DNA of 64,000 nucleotides, from positions 352,001 to 416,000 of the forward strand of contig CBDATQ010000001.1 in the NCBI GenBank assembly GCA_965199955.1, given 5' to 3'. A program made the translations under genes and the position numbers. Below, piece after piece: positions 1 through 9,642 of the stretch (the first letter of the stretch is position 1; each line of letters starts with the position of its first letter). The notes beneath the pieces are model-generated. The model saw only the letters and a list, made by a program, of their open reading frames with translations, was not told where the DNA came from and ran no database searches. This DNA is from Spirochaetia bacterium (GTDB taxonomy: Bacteria > Spirochaetota > Spirochaetia > SZUA-6 > Bin103).

Positions 1-321
1 GGCACCGTGGTCCGCACCATCCTTCAGGTTGTGATCCAGGAGGAGACCAGGGACGCCGGCACGCTGGGATCGATCGTCGGGTTCGTCACGCCGATCGCCT
101 CCGCAGTCGCCACCCAGGCCGACATCCGAAGCTGGCGCGCGCTGCCGCAGTCGATCGGAATCGCCAGCCTGCCGCGGCCTTCCGACGGCACGATCCGGGT
201 GTCCGCCGGCAGTCACACGGTGGACGTGCCGCTGCCGAGCGGACGGTTCGTGCTGGTCCAGGTCAAGACAATCGTCCGCGGCGCGCCCCCAACCGTGCAT
301 GCGGCTGCGTTCGGAGGCTGA
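1..321 (+). CDS. COG3014-like lipoprotein, C-terminal part (truncated by window start)
   Basis: QADIRSWRALP motif typical of the C-terminus of COG3014 proteins; lies directly upstream of lpoB, the usual context. Confidence 0.65.
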   Translation, partial: GTVVRTILQVVIQEETRDAGTLGSIVGFVTPIASAVATQADIRSWRALPQSIGIASLPRPSDGTIRVSAGSHTVDVPLPSGRFVLVQVKTIVRGAPPTVHAAAFGG

Positions 322-367
322 ATTCGCCGACAATGGGATTATATTGGAGAGGGACTATATTGGAGGC

Positions 368-1024
368 ATGCAGATGAAATCGCTCGTCCAGTTCGCCGTG
401 GGCGCCTGCGCGGCGCTCGCCCTGCTGATCGGTTGCGCTTCGCAGGACCCGGTGTACCTCGATCTGCGTCAGGCCAACGAGCCGCAGCCCAATCGGCCTC
501 AGGTCGGCGAGCGGACCACGCTCGGCCTTGACTACCGTGACTTCGAGTTCGCTGCCGAGCAGGCGGTAGCCTCGTTCCTGGACAGTCCCCTGTCGGTCAA
601 GCCGGGCAGCGACGCGCCGTGGGTGATGGCGGTCAGCCGCATGGTCAACGACACGGCGCTCGACATCGATACCGATCAGCTCGTCAAGAAGATCAGGATC
701 GACCTTCTGGAGAGCGGCCGGGTCATCGCCACCACCGCCGTGGGGGTGGACGATCCCGAGGATCCGTTGATCGCCAAGGTTCGGGAGCTGCAGAAAAACA
801 AGCTGTTCAACCAGGACACCGTCGCCAAGGACGGCACCGTGGTGGCTCCCGACCTGAGCCTGTCGGGCAAGATCATCCAGCGCACCAACCGCGTCGGCGA
901 CGCCCAGCAGGTCGATTACTATTTCCAGCTCACCGCCACCAACATCGAGACCGGTCTGGCGTACTGGGAGTTCGAGCAGGTGATCGTCAAGCTGGGCAGC
1001 AACCAGAGATTCTCCTGGCAGTAG
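368..1024 (+). CDS. lpoB: Penicillin-binding protein activator LpoB family lipoprotein
   Basis: GGAGG before ATG 368; lipobox LLIGC; motifs NDTALDIDTDQLVKKIRIDL, LSGKI and DYYFQLTATNIETGLAYW. Confidence 0.8.
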   Translation: MQMKSLVQFAVGACAALALLIGCASQDPVYLDLRQANEPQPNRPQVGERTTLGLDYRDFEFAAEQAVASFLDSPLSVKPGSDAPWVMAVSRMVNDTALDIDTDQLVKKIRIDLLESGRVIATTAVGVDDPEDPLIAKVRELQKNKLFNQDTVAKDGTVVAPDLSLSGKIIQRTNRVGDAQQVDYYFQLTATNIETGLAYWEFEQVIVKLGSNQRFSWQ

Positions 1025-1031
1025 GCGCCGG

Positions 1032-1511
1032 ATGCCGAAACGCACGGTCGCCGCCTCCGCGCTCGGGCTGATCGTGGCCTGCGCCGCGAGCGCGCAGCAC
1101 GCGCCGGCGCCGGGCGAAACGGACTGGCAGCGGCTGTTCGCCTCCGAAGATGTCGCGATCGCGATCCTGATCAGCCCGGACCGCCTCGATCCGGCGACGG
1201 GCACCGCACGGCTGCAGGTTCGGCTGCTCGACGTGGCGACGGGGGAGGTCACCTGGGCCGGTTCGTTCGCAGTGGAGCGGCTGCCACCGGATCGGCCGGC
1301 GCGGCGGACGGCAGAGTCCCCGCTCGATGAGCTCACCCGGCGGATCGTCGATGCCATGTCCGGGCACCTCCAGCCGATCGTCGTCCATGGCGACGGCGAC
1401 GGCGACGGCATACCCGACTACCTGAACCGCCGCGCGAATCCCGCCGACCACAACCGCGACGGCCTGCCCGACTATCTGAACCGGTACTTCCTGCAGCGGC
1501 GGCCGCTGTAG
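1032..1511 (+). CDS. Secreted hypothetical protein with two DxDxDG-type Ca-binding motifs
   Basis: Signal peptide; C-terminal DGDGDGIPDYLN and DHNRDGLPDYLN. Confidence 0.6.
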   Translation: MPKRTVAASALGLIVACAASAQHAPAPGETDWQRLFASEDVAIAILISPDRLDPATGTARLQVRLLDVATGEVTWAGSFAVERLPPDRPARRTAESPLDELTRRIVDAMSGHLQPIVVHGDGDGDGIPDYLNRRANPADHNRDGLPDYLNRYFLQRRPL

Positions 1512-1526
1512 GAGCGCCTCCGCCGG

Positions 1527-2141
1527 TCAGCGCTTCAGGTCGCCGCGCTGCGCGGACGTTTCGACGAGCTCACGCGCCAGCTCCCACAGCCGCGGCGCGC
1601 CGTCGCCGATGGGGTGGTTCTTGTCGTACACCTGATCGACCGTGATGCCGTGCCGCCGCCAGGCGAATCCGTGGGTGCGGTGGTTGTGCAGCAGCGGCTG
1701 CAGGCGGTCGATCGCGTAGGCGAAGCGGGCTTCGGGCGTCAGCCGTTCCTCGAACTCGTCCCAGGCGGCGCGCAGCACCCCGGCCTGGTCGTCCGGCAGC
1801 AGCGCGAACAGCCGGTCGGCCGCCTGCCGTTCGCGCTCCTCCTTGGTCTCCCGTCCCGTGTCGTCGTAGATGTACGTGTCGCCCGCGTCGATCTCGACGA
1901 TGTCGTGCACGAGCACCATTCGCAGGACACGGGTCAAATCGAGGTCTTCTTCGGCGTATTCGGCCAACACCAGCGCGTACAGGGCCAGGTGCCAGGAGTG
2001 TTCGGCCGAGTTCTCCATCCGGCTGGCGTCAAGCAGCGCCGTCTGCCGCAGCACGCCTTTCAATTCGTCGATCGCGCACAGGAACTCGATCTGTTCGTGC
2101 AGACGCCGGGCGGCGGCATCGTGCGGCGAGGCCGGCGTCAC
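1527..2141 (-). CDS. HD-domain phosphohydrolase (HD_3/YfbR-like)
   Basis: ENSAEHSWHLA, HDIVEIDAGD and DRLQP motifs; GTG start overlaps the upstream TGA (GTGA). Confidence 0.9.
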   Translation of the reverse strand: MTPASPHDAAARRLHEQIEFLCAIDELKGVLRQTALLDASRMENSAEHSWHLALYALVLAEYAEEDLDLTRVLRMVLVHDIVEIDAGDTYIYDDTGRETKEERERQAADRLFALLPDDQAGVLRAAWDEFEERLTPEARFAYAIDRLQPLLHNHRTHGFAWRRHGITVDQVYDKNHPIGDGAPRLWELARELVETSAQRGDLKR

Positions 2142-4090
2142 CGGTCGACCGTCACGGCGACAGCCAGATGATCGGAGGCGGTGCTCATCGGCAGGGAGAA
2201 GTCCGTGACCGTGAGGTCCGGGCTCGTCCAGACGTAGTCGATGCGTTTCGAAAGCTCGTCGGTCGGCCAGGTGAAGCCGTCGCCGGGCGGCCCGGCGGCG
2301 ACGAATGCATCGACGAAGCCGGCGTCGGCGATCAGCACGATCTCGGGGTGATCGGGATGGGCGTTGAGGTCCCCAAGCAGCACCGTGTTGTGCGCCTCGA
2401 TCGTTTCGAGAATCGCACGCGCCTGCGGCATCCGATGCACGGAATCCTCCTCCTCGTGGTGGAAGTGGGTGGCGAGCACGGCCAGCACCTCGCCGCCGCC
2501 CACGTCGATCTCGATCGTCATGAAGCCGCGGTCCATGACGATGTCGTCGTTGTTGGGCATGAGGTGGTTGCTGGCCTGCCGGATCGGCAGGCGGCTCAGC
2601 ACGGCGTTCCCCCACACCGAGTCGGCCGCGGGCCCGAACGCGTAGGCCATGCCGAGGCGCCGCGACAGCCACACCAGCGTGTCGACCGAGCCGTTGATCA
2701 GCCAGCCTCGGGAGATCTCCTGCAGGGCGACGACGTCGGGGTCCTCGTCCTCGATGACCTGCGCGATCGCCTCCATGCCGTGGCGGCCGTACGCGTCGAA
2801 ACCCTGGTGAATGTTGTAGGTCATCACCCGCACCGGAAAGCCGGTGCCCGAGCCGGCTCGGACCTCGTTCCAGGTCGCGAGTTGCACGGCGGGCACTGCC
2901 AGCAGCAGCACGGCAGCGAGGGCAACGGAGCGGGGCACTCCCGCCGGCACCAGCGACCGGTTCATGCCGGCGCGCAGCGCCGCAAGCGCGACCAGCAGCG
3001 CGGCGAGCGGGCGGACCCCCTGCGGAACGGGAATCGCGATGTCGTACTGGGCGTAGTGGACGAACAGGAGCACCAACAGCGCCAGCATGCCAACGGTGGT
3101 CCATGCCGGCACGGCCCCTTCGCTCCGCCTGCCGGCCGAGCCGGCTGCGGGCCGCGCCGCCGAGACCATCAGCACCGCGCTCACGACATGACCCACCAAT
3201 ACCGCGATCGCCGCCAGGGGTCCCGTCCACGCCACGGCCACCGATGCGATCAATACGCCGCCCAGCAGCGCCAGCAGACTGCCGTGAAGCGCCACCCTGC
3301 GCCGGGCCAGCCACAGCGCCACCACCACCGCCGCCAGATTCGAGGTCAGGATCCAGGCGAGCACCAGCGGCTGCGGCCAGCCGGTGTTCACCGTCAGCCA
3401 CGCGACGTTCTGGAGCGTCAGGAACTGCAGCACCAGCGCCGGCCCGAAAACCAGGCAGCGGGCGCCCCAGGAGACTCGTGCTGCCGCGTGTGGTGCGTCC
3501 GCGAGCGCACGCGCCGGCGCCGCGAGCCCCAGCAGGATCCACTGCGCCGCTACCAGGCCCGCGGTGACCACGTGCGCCTCCCAGCCGCCCGCCCATGAGA
3601 GGTCGATCGTTCCGAACGCGCCCTTGACCGCCGTGTCGATCGACAGCGCCAGCAGGAGCGCAACCCCGACATGTGGTCCACTCTCGGCGGGGCCTGCGGC
3701 GAGGAGCGATCGCAGCATGAGCGGGAGCGCCCACAGGAAGATCACCGTGCCGGCGATCGACAGCGCCAGGTCCGCCGGCAGTGACGGCGAGAGTTGCTCG
3801 GCGACTCGCAGGAGACCGAGCCCTGCGAAGATCACGGGCGCGCCGGAACGGCCGAGCATACGATGCACGACCGGCGCCAGGAACCCGAGTCCGAACACGG
3901 CCAGGCCGATGACGCCCACCACCACCGAGCTCAGCTCGTTGATCTGCACCAGGTTGACGGACAGCGCCACCACCAGCAGGCGCAGGAACTGCAGCCCGAA
4001 TACGCACGTCAGCGCGCCGAGCAGCGTCGCGGCAAGCGACGACTGCCCGTCTCCGGATGCCGTTCGCTGCTGGCGATCCCGGGCGCTCAC
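2138..4090 (-). CDS. Multi-pass membrane protein with C-terminal endonuclease/exonuclease/phosphatase domain (Cwh43/PGAP2IP-like architecture)
   Basis: Many TM helices followed by TYNIH, LQE, GDLN, RIDY and SDH motifs; TACGGT -10-like box 6 nt before GTG 4090. Confidence 0.85.
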   Translation of the reverse strand: MSARDRQQRTASGDGQSSLAATLLGALTCVFGLQFLRLLVVALSVNLVQINELSSVVVGVIGLAVFGLGFLAPVVHRMLGRSGAPVIFAGLGLLRVAEQLSPSLPADLALSIAGTVIFLWALPLMLRSLLAAGPAESGPHVGVALLLALSIDTAVKGAFGTIDLSWAGGWEAHVVTAGLVAAQWILLGLAAPARALADAPHAAARVSWGARCLVFGPALVLQFLTLQNVAWLTVNTGWPQPLVLAWILTSNLAAVVVALWLARRRVALHGSLLALLGGVLIASVAVAWTGPLAAIAVLVGHVVSAVLMVSAARPAAGSAGRRSEGAVPAWTTVGMLALLVLLFVHYAQYDIAIPVPQGVRPLAALLVALAALRAGMNRSLVPAGVPRSVALAAVLLLAVPAVQLATWNEVRAGSGTGFPVRVMTYNIHQGFDAYGRHGMEAIAQVIEDEDPDVVALQEISRGWLINGSVDTLVWLSRRLGMAYAFGPAADSVWGNAVLSRLPIRQASNHLMPNNDDIVMDRGFMTIEIDVGGGEVLAVLATHFHHEEEDSVHRMPQARAILETIEAHNTVLLGDLNAHPDHPEIVLIADAGFVDAFVAAGPPGDGFTWPTDELSKRIDYVWTSPDLTVTDFSLPMSTASDHLAVAVTVDR

Positions 4091-4143
4091 CCGGCTACCG
4101 TAGTGCGCGGCATCCGACCCGTCCACCGCGGTATGGTTGGTGC

Positions 4144-4785
4144 GTGGTCTCCCTGTTGCTGCGCGGCGACATCCTGCTGTTCGCCCTGATCACCATCGCC
4201 CTGATCGTGTCGCTGACGTTCCACGAGTACGCCCACGCCGCGGTCGCCAAGCTGTCCGGAGACCGCACCGCGGAGCTGGCCGGCCGGCTCACCCTCAACC
4301 CGCTGGCGCACATCGATCCGATGGGTCTGCTGATGGTGGTGCTGGTAGGCTTCGGCTACGCCAGGCCGGTGCCGGTGGACCCGCGCTACCTGCGGTCGCC
4401 GCGGGCCGACCTGTGGATCGCCGCCGCCGGCCCCGCCATGAACCTGCTGCTGGCGACGGTGGTCTGGAACGGCTTTCTGGCGCTGCGCGGCGCCGGTGTG
4501 GCCTTCGTCTTCCTGCCCGGACCGGAGACGTTCGTGGCGCTGCTCGTGCGCATCAACCTGATCCTGATGCTGTTCAACCTGATCCCGCTGGGCCCGCTCG
4601 ACGGTCACTGGATCCTTCCGCACCTGCTGCCGGAGGCGGCGGCGCGCTGGTACCGGTACTACAACGCCCGCTATGGCCAGTACGCGCTGTTCGGGCTGAT
4701 CCTGCTCAGCATCGCGGGCGTTCCCGTATTCCGCATTCTGATGACGATCGGCGCCAGGCTGGTGCGGCTGATCACCTTCGTGTAG
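4144..4785 (+). CDS. Site-2 protease (M50) family protein
   Basis: HEYAH zinc motif, AAAGP and FNLIPLGPLDG. Confidence 0.9.
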   Translation: MVSLLLRGDILLFALITIALIVSLTFHEYAHAAVAKLSGDRTAELAGRLTLNPLAHIDPMGLLMVVLVGFGYARPVPVDPRYLRSPRADLWIAAAGPAMNLLLATVVWNGFLALRGAGVAFVFLPGPETFVALLVRINLILMLFNLIPLGPLDGHWILPHLLPEAAARWYRYYNARYGQYALFGLILLSIAGVPVFRILMTIGARLVRLITFV

Positions 4786-4836
4786 CGTTGTTCCCGCCGG
4801 TGGGCTCGCAGGCGTAGTGGCAGTATATTGTCGGAT

Positions 4837-5592
4837 GTGACTGAACTTACCGAGCGCCGGATTGCGGTGCTCATCGATGGCGACAACGCGCAGCCCGGGC
4901 ACATCGGCGCCGTGCTCAAGGAAAGCGTCCGCTACGGCGTGGTGACCATCAAGCGCATCTACGCCGACTTCACCAACCGCCAGATGGAGGGCTGGAAGCG
5001 CCAGCTCTCTACCCACGCCATCCAGCCGATACAGCAGTTCCGCAACACCGTCGGCAAGAATGCCACCGACTCGGCGATGATCATCGACGCCATGGACATC
5101 CTGTTCGGGGGCGCCGTGGATGGCTTCGTGATCGTCTCCAGCGACAGCGACTACACACGCCTGGCCCTGCGCATCCGCGAGTCCGGCCGCATGGTCATCG
5201 GCATCGGCCGCGACCATACGCCGCGCTCGTTCGTCAATGCCTGCAACGAGTTCCGATTCGTTGAGAACCTCGCCATCGCGGAGGAGCGCAGCCGCCGGCG
5301 CACCGGCAGGAAGCAGCCGGTCACGGAGACCGAAGAGGCCGAACGCGGGTCGCTCGACCTGGTCACCGTGATCACGGATGCCCTGGAGATGGCGGAGGCC
5401 GACGACGACTGGGTCGACCTGGGGACGATCGCCAACAACCTCAAGAAGCTGTACCCGGACTTCGACCCCCGCACCTACGGCAACCGGCGTTTGTCCAAGC
5501 TGATCCAGAGCAATTCGGAGGCGTTTCGGATGCGGCGCGATCGCCAGAACAACAACGTCACGGTGCGTCTGGCGGCGGCCGACGCGGATTGA
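4837..5592 (+). CDS. NYN (LabA/DUF88) domain protein with C-terminal OST-HTH/LOTUS domain
   Basis: LIDGDN, GKNATD, VSSDSDY and PDFDPRTYG..RLSKLI motifs. Confidence 0.9.
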   Translation: MTELTERRIAVLIDGDNAQPGHIGAVLKESVRYGVVTIKRIYADFTNRQMEGWKRQLSTHAIQPIQQFRNTVGKNATDSAMIIDAMDILFGGAVDGFVIVSSDSDYTRLALRIRESGRMVIGIGRDHTPRSFVNACNEFRFVENLAIAEERSRRRTGRKQPVTETEEAERGSLDLVTVITDALEMAEADDDWVDLGTIANNLKKLYPDFDPRTYGNRRLSKLIQSNSEAFRMRRDRQNNNVTVRLAAADAD

Positions 5593-5617
5593 GCGGCGAT
5601 TCCCACCGCGGCCTGAC

Positions 5618-5760
5618 CTGCGCGAGAGCGGGAGGATCGATGACCGGGAGATGCTGCGCGTGTTCAACTTGGGAGTAGGACTGGTGGCCGTCGTGCCGGA
5701 GGCGCTGGAGCGGGAGGCGGTCGGGTGCGCGGCCGCGGCGGGAGACGACGGCCCATCCGT
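5618..5760 (+). pseudogene. purM (AIR synthetase) C-terminal remnant
   Basis: Frame reads LRESGRIDDREMLRVFNLGVGLVAVVP, matching the PurM EMxRxFNxGxG motif; the N-terminal part is absent. Confidence 0.7.
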
Positions 5761-5781
5761 GCGGTTCGGAGGCCGGCTGCG

Positions 5782-6237
5782 ATGGCCGTGACCATGGGCA
5801 CGCTGGCGGCGATCGCCACCCACCCCACCCCCGGTGCGCCGATGGTCGAGCACGAGGCGGCGGAGTTGCGGCCCGGCGTCGGCGTGGTCGGCGACGTGCC
5901 CGGCCGTTCGCCGGCGCGCGAGGTCACCGTGGTCGACCGCGACGCCTGGCAGTCGGCGTGCGCTGAGCTTGGTCAGGAGGTGCCGTGGACGGCGCGGCGC
6001 GCCAACCTGCTGGTCACGGGCCTCGACCTGCACGCCACCACCGGCTGCGAGCTGCGCATCGGCTCGGTCCGCCTGCGGGTCACCGGTGAGACGCAGCCGT
6101 GCGGGATCATGGACCGGCAACGCTCAGGCTTGCGGCGTGCCCTGGAGCCGGACTGGCGCGCCGGCGCCACCTGCACGGTGGTCGCCGGCGGCACGGTCGC
6201 GGTCGGCAACGCGGTGGAGCTGGTCCGGGGCGAATAG
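5782..6237 (+). CDS. MOSC domain protein
   Basis: RRANLLVTG, GETQPCGIMD and GGTVAVG motifs. Confidence 0.85.
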   Translation: MAVTMGTLAAIATHPTPGAPMVEHEAAELRPGVGVVGDVPGRSPAREVTVVDRDAWQSACAELGQEVPWTARRANLLVTGLDLHATTGCELRIGSVRLRVTGETQPCGIMDRQRSGLRRALEPDWRAGATCTVVAGGTVAVGNAVELVRGE

Positions 6238-6272
6238 CCGCGATACAGCCTCGACTCAGGAAGGCGAATACG

Positions 6273-8063
6273 TCAAAGCCGTGGATGCGACGGTCGTACG
6301 CCGTCCTCCTCCTGGAGGTCAGCATCGAGGCTTGTCCACGCCTCCATGGCGGCGGCCGCCGCCCTCGGCAACGGCACGCGGTCCGGCTTCGCGTCGCGGC
6401 GCAGCTTCAGCTCGGCCTCACCGTCGGCGACCGTGCGCGCGCTCACGGTCATGCGGATCGGCACGCCGATCAGGTCGGCGTCGTTGAACTTCACGCCGGG
6501 CCGCTCGTCCCGGTCGTCCAGCAGCACCTCCAAACCCTGCTCCGCCAGTTCGCCGGCGAGGCGCGCGGCCCCCTCCTCGCCGCCGCGCAGGGCGGCCACG
6601 TAGACGTCGAACGGCGCCACCGTGACCGGCCACGTCAGGCCGTGCTCGTCGTGGTGCTCCTCGGCCACGCAGGCCAGCAGCCGGCCCACGCCGATGCCGT
6701 AGGAGCCCATCACCACCGGCTTGGCGGTGCCGTCGGCGTCCAGGTAGGTGCAGCCGACCGCGTCGCTGATCCAGGTGCCGAGCCGGAAGATGTTGCCGAC
6801 CTCCACGCCGCGTGACAGCGCCAGCGCGCCGCCGCAGTCCGGGCAGCCGGCACCGGCGTCGGCGCTGACAATGTCGGCGACCACCTCCGCGTGGAAGTCG
6901 CGCCCGTGGTTGAGGTTGCGGACGTGGTAGTCGGGCTCGTTGGCGCCGCCGACCAGGTTGGGGGTCGCAGGGATCAGGTCGTCGGCCACGATGAGCGCCC
7001 CGCGCACGTCCGCGGGGGAGGCGTAGCCGGGCACGGTGCCGGCCGCGTGGATCTCCTCCTCCGTCGCCGGGCGCAGAGCGGTGGCGCCGGTGGCCTGCGC
7101 CAGCTTGAACTCGTTGACCTCCATGTCGCCGCGCACCAGTGCGAAGACCAGCCGTTCGGACTCGCCCTCGTCCAGCCCCGCACCCATCAGTAGCACCGCC
7201 TTGGCGGTCCGTTCCGCGGGGATCCCCAGGAATTCGCTCAGCTCCTCGATCGTGGTCGCTCCCGGGGTGTGCACCCGTTCCGGCTCCCCGGGCGGCTCCG
7301 CGGCCGGCTCCGGCTTGCGGCAGCGGGCGATCTGGCGGTTGGCGCGGTATCCGCAAGCATCGCACGACAGGATCGAGTCCTCGCCGATCGGGGTCAGGTA
7401 CATGAACTCGTGCGCGCCCGAGCCGCCCATCATGCCGACGTCGGCGCCGACGTCCACGACCGGCAGCCCGCAGCGGCGGAAGATGCGGTGGTAGGCGTCG
7501 AAGTGCGCGCGATACTGGCGGCCCAGGCCGGCCTCGTCGCGGTCCAGGCTGTAGGAGTCCTTCATGGTGAACTCGCGCACCCTGATCAGCCCGCCGCGCG
7601 GCCGCGGGTCGTCCCGGAACTTGGTCTGGACGTGGTAGAGGAGCTGTGGGAGCTGCTTGTAGGATCGCACCTCGTCCCGCACCAGGGCGGCGATCACTTC
7701 CTCATGGGTCATCGCCAGGACCAGGTCGCGCCCCTCCCGGTCCTGCAGGCGCGCCATCTCCGCGCCGATCTTGTGCCAGCGCCCGGTCGCCTGCCACACC
7801 GAGGCGGGGTTGACGACCGGCATGGTGATCTCCTGGCCGCCGATGGCGTCCATCTCCTCTCGGAGGATGGTCTCGATGCGGCGCAGCGAGCGCTGCGCGA
7901 GCGGCAGGTAGCTGAACAGTCCGGCGCCGAGCTGGCGCACGAACCCGGCGCGCAGCAGCAGGCGGTGACCGGCCACCTCGGTGTCGCCGGGGCTCTCCCG
8001 GCGGGTCTGGCTGAACAGGGTTCGCATGGACACGGGCCCATGCGGCGCATTCGGTGCGGGCAT
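6273..8063 (-). CDS. proS: Proline--tRNA ligase (with editing domain)
   Basis: LLRAGFVRQ, THEE, RPRGGLIRVREF, EVGNIF, GSYGIG and DADLIG motifs; alternative start ATG 8027. Confidence 0.97.
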   Translation of the reverse strand: MPAPNAPHGPVSMRTLFSQTRRESPGDTEVAGHRLLLRAGFVRQLGAGLFSYLPLAQRSLRRIETILREEMDAIGGQEITMPVVNPASVWQATGRWHKIGAEMARLQDREGRDLVLAMTHEEVIAALVRDEVRSYKQLPQLLYHVQTKFRDDPRPRGGLIRVREFTMKDSYSLDRDEAGLGRQYRAHFDAYHRIFRRCGLPVVDVGADVGMMGGSGAHEFMYLTPIGEDSILSCDACGYRANRQIARCRKPEPAAEPPGEPERVHTPGATTIEELSEFLGIPAERTAKAVLLMGAGLDEGESERLVFALVRGDMEVNEFKLAQATGATALRPATEEEIHAAGTVPGYASPADVRGALIVADDLIPATPNLVGGANEPDYHVRNLNHGRDFHAEVVADIVSADAGAGCPDCGGALALSRGVEVGNIFRLGTWISDAVGCTYLDADGTAKPVVMGSYGIGVGRLLACVAEEHHDEHGLTWPVTVAPFDVYVAALRGGEEGAARLAGELAEQGLEVLLDDRDERPGVKFNDADLIGVPIRMTVSARTVADGEAELKLRRDAKPDRVPLPRAAAAAMEAWTSLDADLQEEDGVRPSHPRL

Positions 8064-8111
8064 GGGTGATCTTACGCCGGCAGGCCGAATGGTTCAGACT
8101 CCCTCAGCCGG

Positions 8112-8624
8112 ATGACCCTGCCTGTCCCCCGCACCGAACGCTGCCTGGAGGTGAAGCGCTACCCCGACGGCCGCCAGGTCACCTTCGCCTGCGATCTGCT
8201 GGCGATCGAACCGGGGCGGCAGCTCCTGGGCTACACGATCCGCCGCGCGGCGACCGTGGCGGGAGTGTTCCTGCCGGCGGGAACCCGCTCCTGCGGCTGC
8301 TTCTGGGCCGGCCGGCCGTACAACCTGTATCTGTGGATGCGGCGCAGCGGCGCGCGGCGCGCCGCCGTCCTCGGCGCCTACTTCAACGTCTGCGACGCCG
8401 TGGAGCTGGGCCGCACGGAGTTGCGCTGGCGCGATCTGTGGGTGGACGTCATGGCGTTGCCGGCGCGGCGGCCGGTCACCCTGGACCGCGACGAGGTGCC
8501 GGGCGATCTGCCGCCAAGGCTCTCGCGCCACATCGACGATGCCGTCCACGAGCTGTACGCGCGCAGCGGAGAGCTGGTCGAGGAGTGCGTGTGCTGGGCA
8601 CGCGCCGTACAGTGCGGCGCGTAG
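8112..8624 (+). CDS. DUF402 family protein
   Basis: YNLY...YFNV...WRDLWVDV...LDRDE pattern. Confidence 0.75.
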   Translation: MTLPVPRTERCLEVKRYPDGRQVTFACDLLAIEPGRQLLGYTIRRAATVAGVFLPAGTRSCGCFWAGRPYNLYLWMRRSGARRAAVLGAYFNVCDAVELGRTELRWRDLWVDVMALPARRPVTLDRDEVPGDLPPRLSRHIDDAVHELYARSGELVEECVCWARAVQCGA

Positions 8625-8665
8625 CGGACTGGCCCGATCAGACGCTCACGCCGCGCCCCGAACCT

Positions 8666-9049
8666 CTAGCTTGCGAGTGCGCTGTACTGCCAACCTCGTA
8701 CCCTTGCAAGCGCGGTCAAGTCCTTCGCCTTCGTCTTAGTGGCCGAGTTCGAGTGCCTGCCGAAGTCGATTATCGTGTGTTCGGGAAAGCACGGTTTGGG
8801 ATCAAGGGTTACCGTGAGATCTCCTTGCTGGCACTCTGAGACTGTCACAGCCATGACACCCACCGAGGCAAGTCCCAACTCCCCCGTGTAGTGAAGATAC
8901 GAATCCTCTGCCGTTATCCTTCTTCCATCATACACCGAGAGCTGCTTCTGGTCTTTCGGGGTTGGCTGGAATACCTGCGAAGTGACTCGTCCGTTCCGAA
9001 TCCAGTTCGGATTGACCTGCCGCAAGAGCAGGGACGGCCCCGGGATCAT
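8666..9049 (-). CDS. Hypothetical protein, putative ADP-ribosyltransferase-fold toxin (R-S-H type)
   Basis: 127 aa; LLRQV, LSVYDG and PEHTIIDF motifs; ATG 9049 overlaps the upstream TGA. Confidence 0.6.
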   Translation of the reverse strand: MIPGPSLLLRQVNPNWIRNGRVTSQVFQPTPKDQKQLSVYDGRRITAEDSYLHYTGELGLASVGVMAVTVSECQQGDLTVTLDPKPCFPEHTIIDFGRHSNSATKTKAKDLTALARVRGWQYSALAS

Positions 9050-9642
9050 GACCTGCCTGGGTCCATAGCATCGATCTGCTCGACCAACCACTTCCAGTCC
9101 TCGCCGCTATCGCAATCCACGATACGTTCATCGACCTGCCCTGACCGTATGTCGAGCACGTGCCATTCAGCAGAGTGCGTGTCGAGATTGACCTCAAGCG
9201 TAATCTCTCGCGACCCCAGAGACCACTCCGCCTGAACATCTCCTGTCTCGGTCGGATAAAGATGGGGTGGCGGAGCATCGTTCGGAAAGTGCCGGGTAAT
9301 GATGCCAAGCAGCCAGTCGAGCCCCGCGTCGGATGGCGCTTTGCCCTCTCCTTCGAGCCAGCCGTCCTCGACTAACCTCAGTTCTGCAATTTGCATCGAG
9401 ATGTCAAGCTCGGTGCCAAGCGTGCTCGTCTCTGACTGGTGTATGGGGAATACCCGGTAGGGGAGGTCGACTTGGCTGGGCTGTTGGTACGAGAGGATGA
9501 AAAGAGCATCGCGTCCGGAAGTTCCCTCGTAGGCTTCTCTCTTCCAATTGTCGTCTTTGCGCAGGCCCGTCGTAACGATGGAGCTCAGGTCACGGTCTTG
9601 ATTCGTGTCGGCCGCAACAGGCGCTCGCAGTAACGCCTTCAT
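9046..9642 (-). CDS. Hypothetical protein, putative antitoxin
   Basis: 198 aa, acidic C-terminal domain LxxLxDGW...PxPxLYPTxxGxVQAEW; ATGA-coupled at both ends. Confidence 0.6.
   Translation of the reverse strand: MKALLRAPVAADTNQDRDLSSIVTTGLRKDDNWKREAYEGTSGRDALFILSYQQPSQVDLPYRVFPIHQSETSTLGTELDISMQIAELRLVEDGWLEGEGKAPSDAGLDWLLGIITRHFPNDAPPPHLYPTETGDVQAEWSLGSREITLEVNLDTHSAEWHVLDIRSGQVDERIVDCDSGEDWKWLVEQIDAMDPGRS

Noticed and set aside
1527..4007. 826-aa ORF as a single HD fusion protein
   Set aside because: The N-terminal part is an off-frame overlap with the EEP gene; the real start is GTG 2141.
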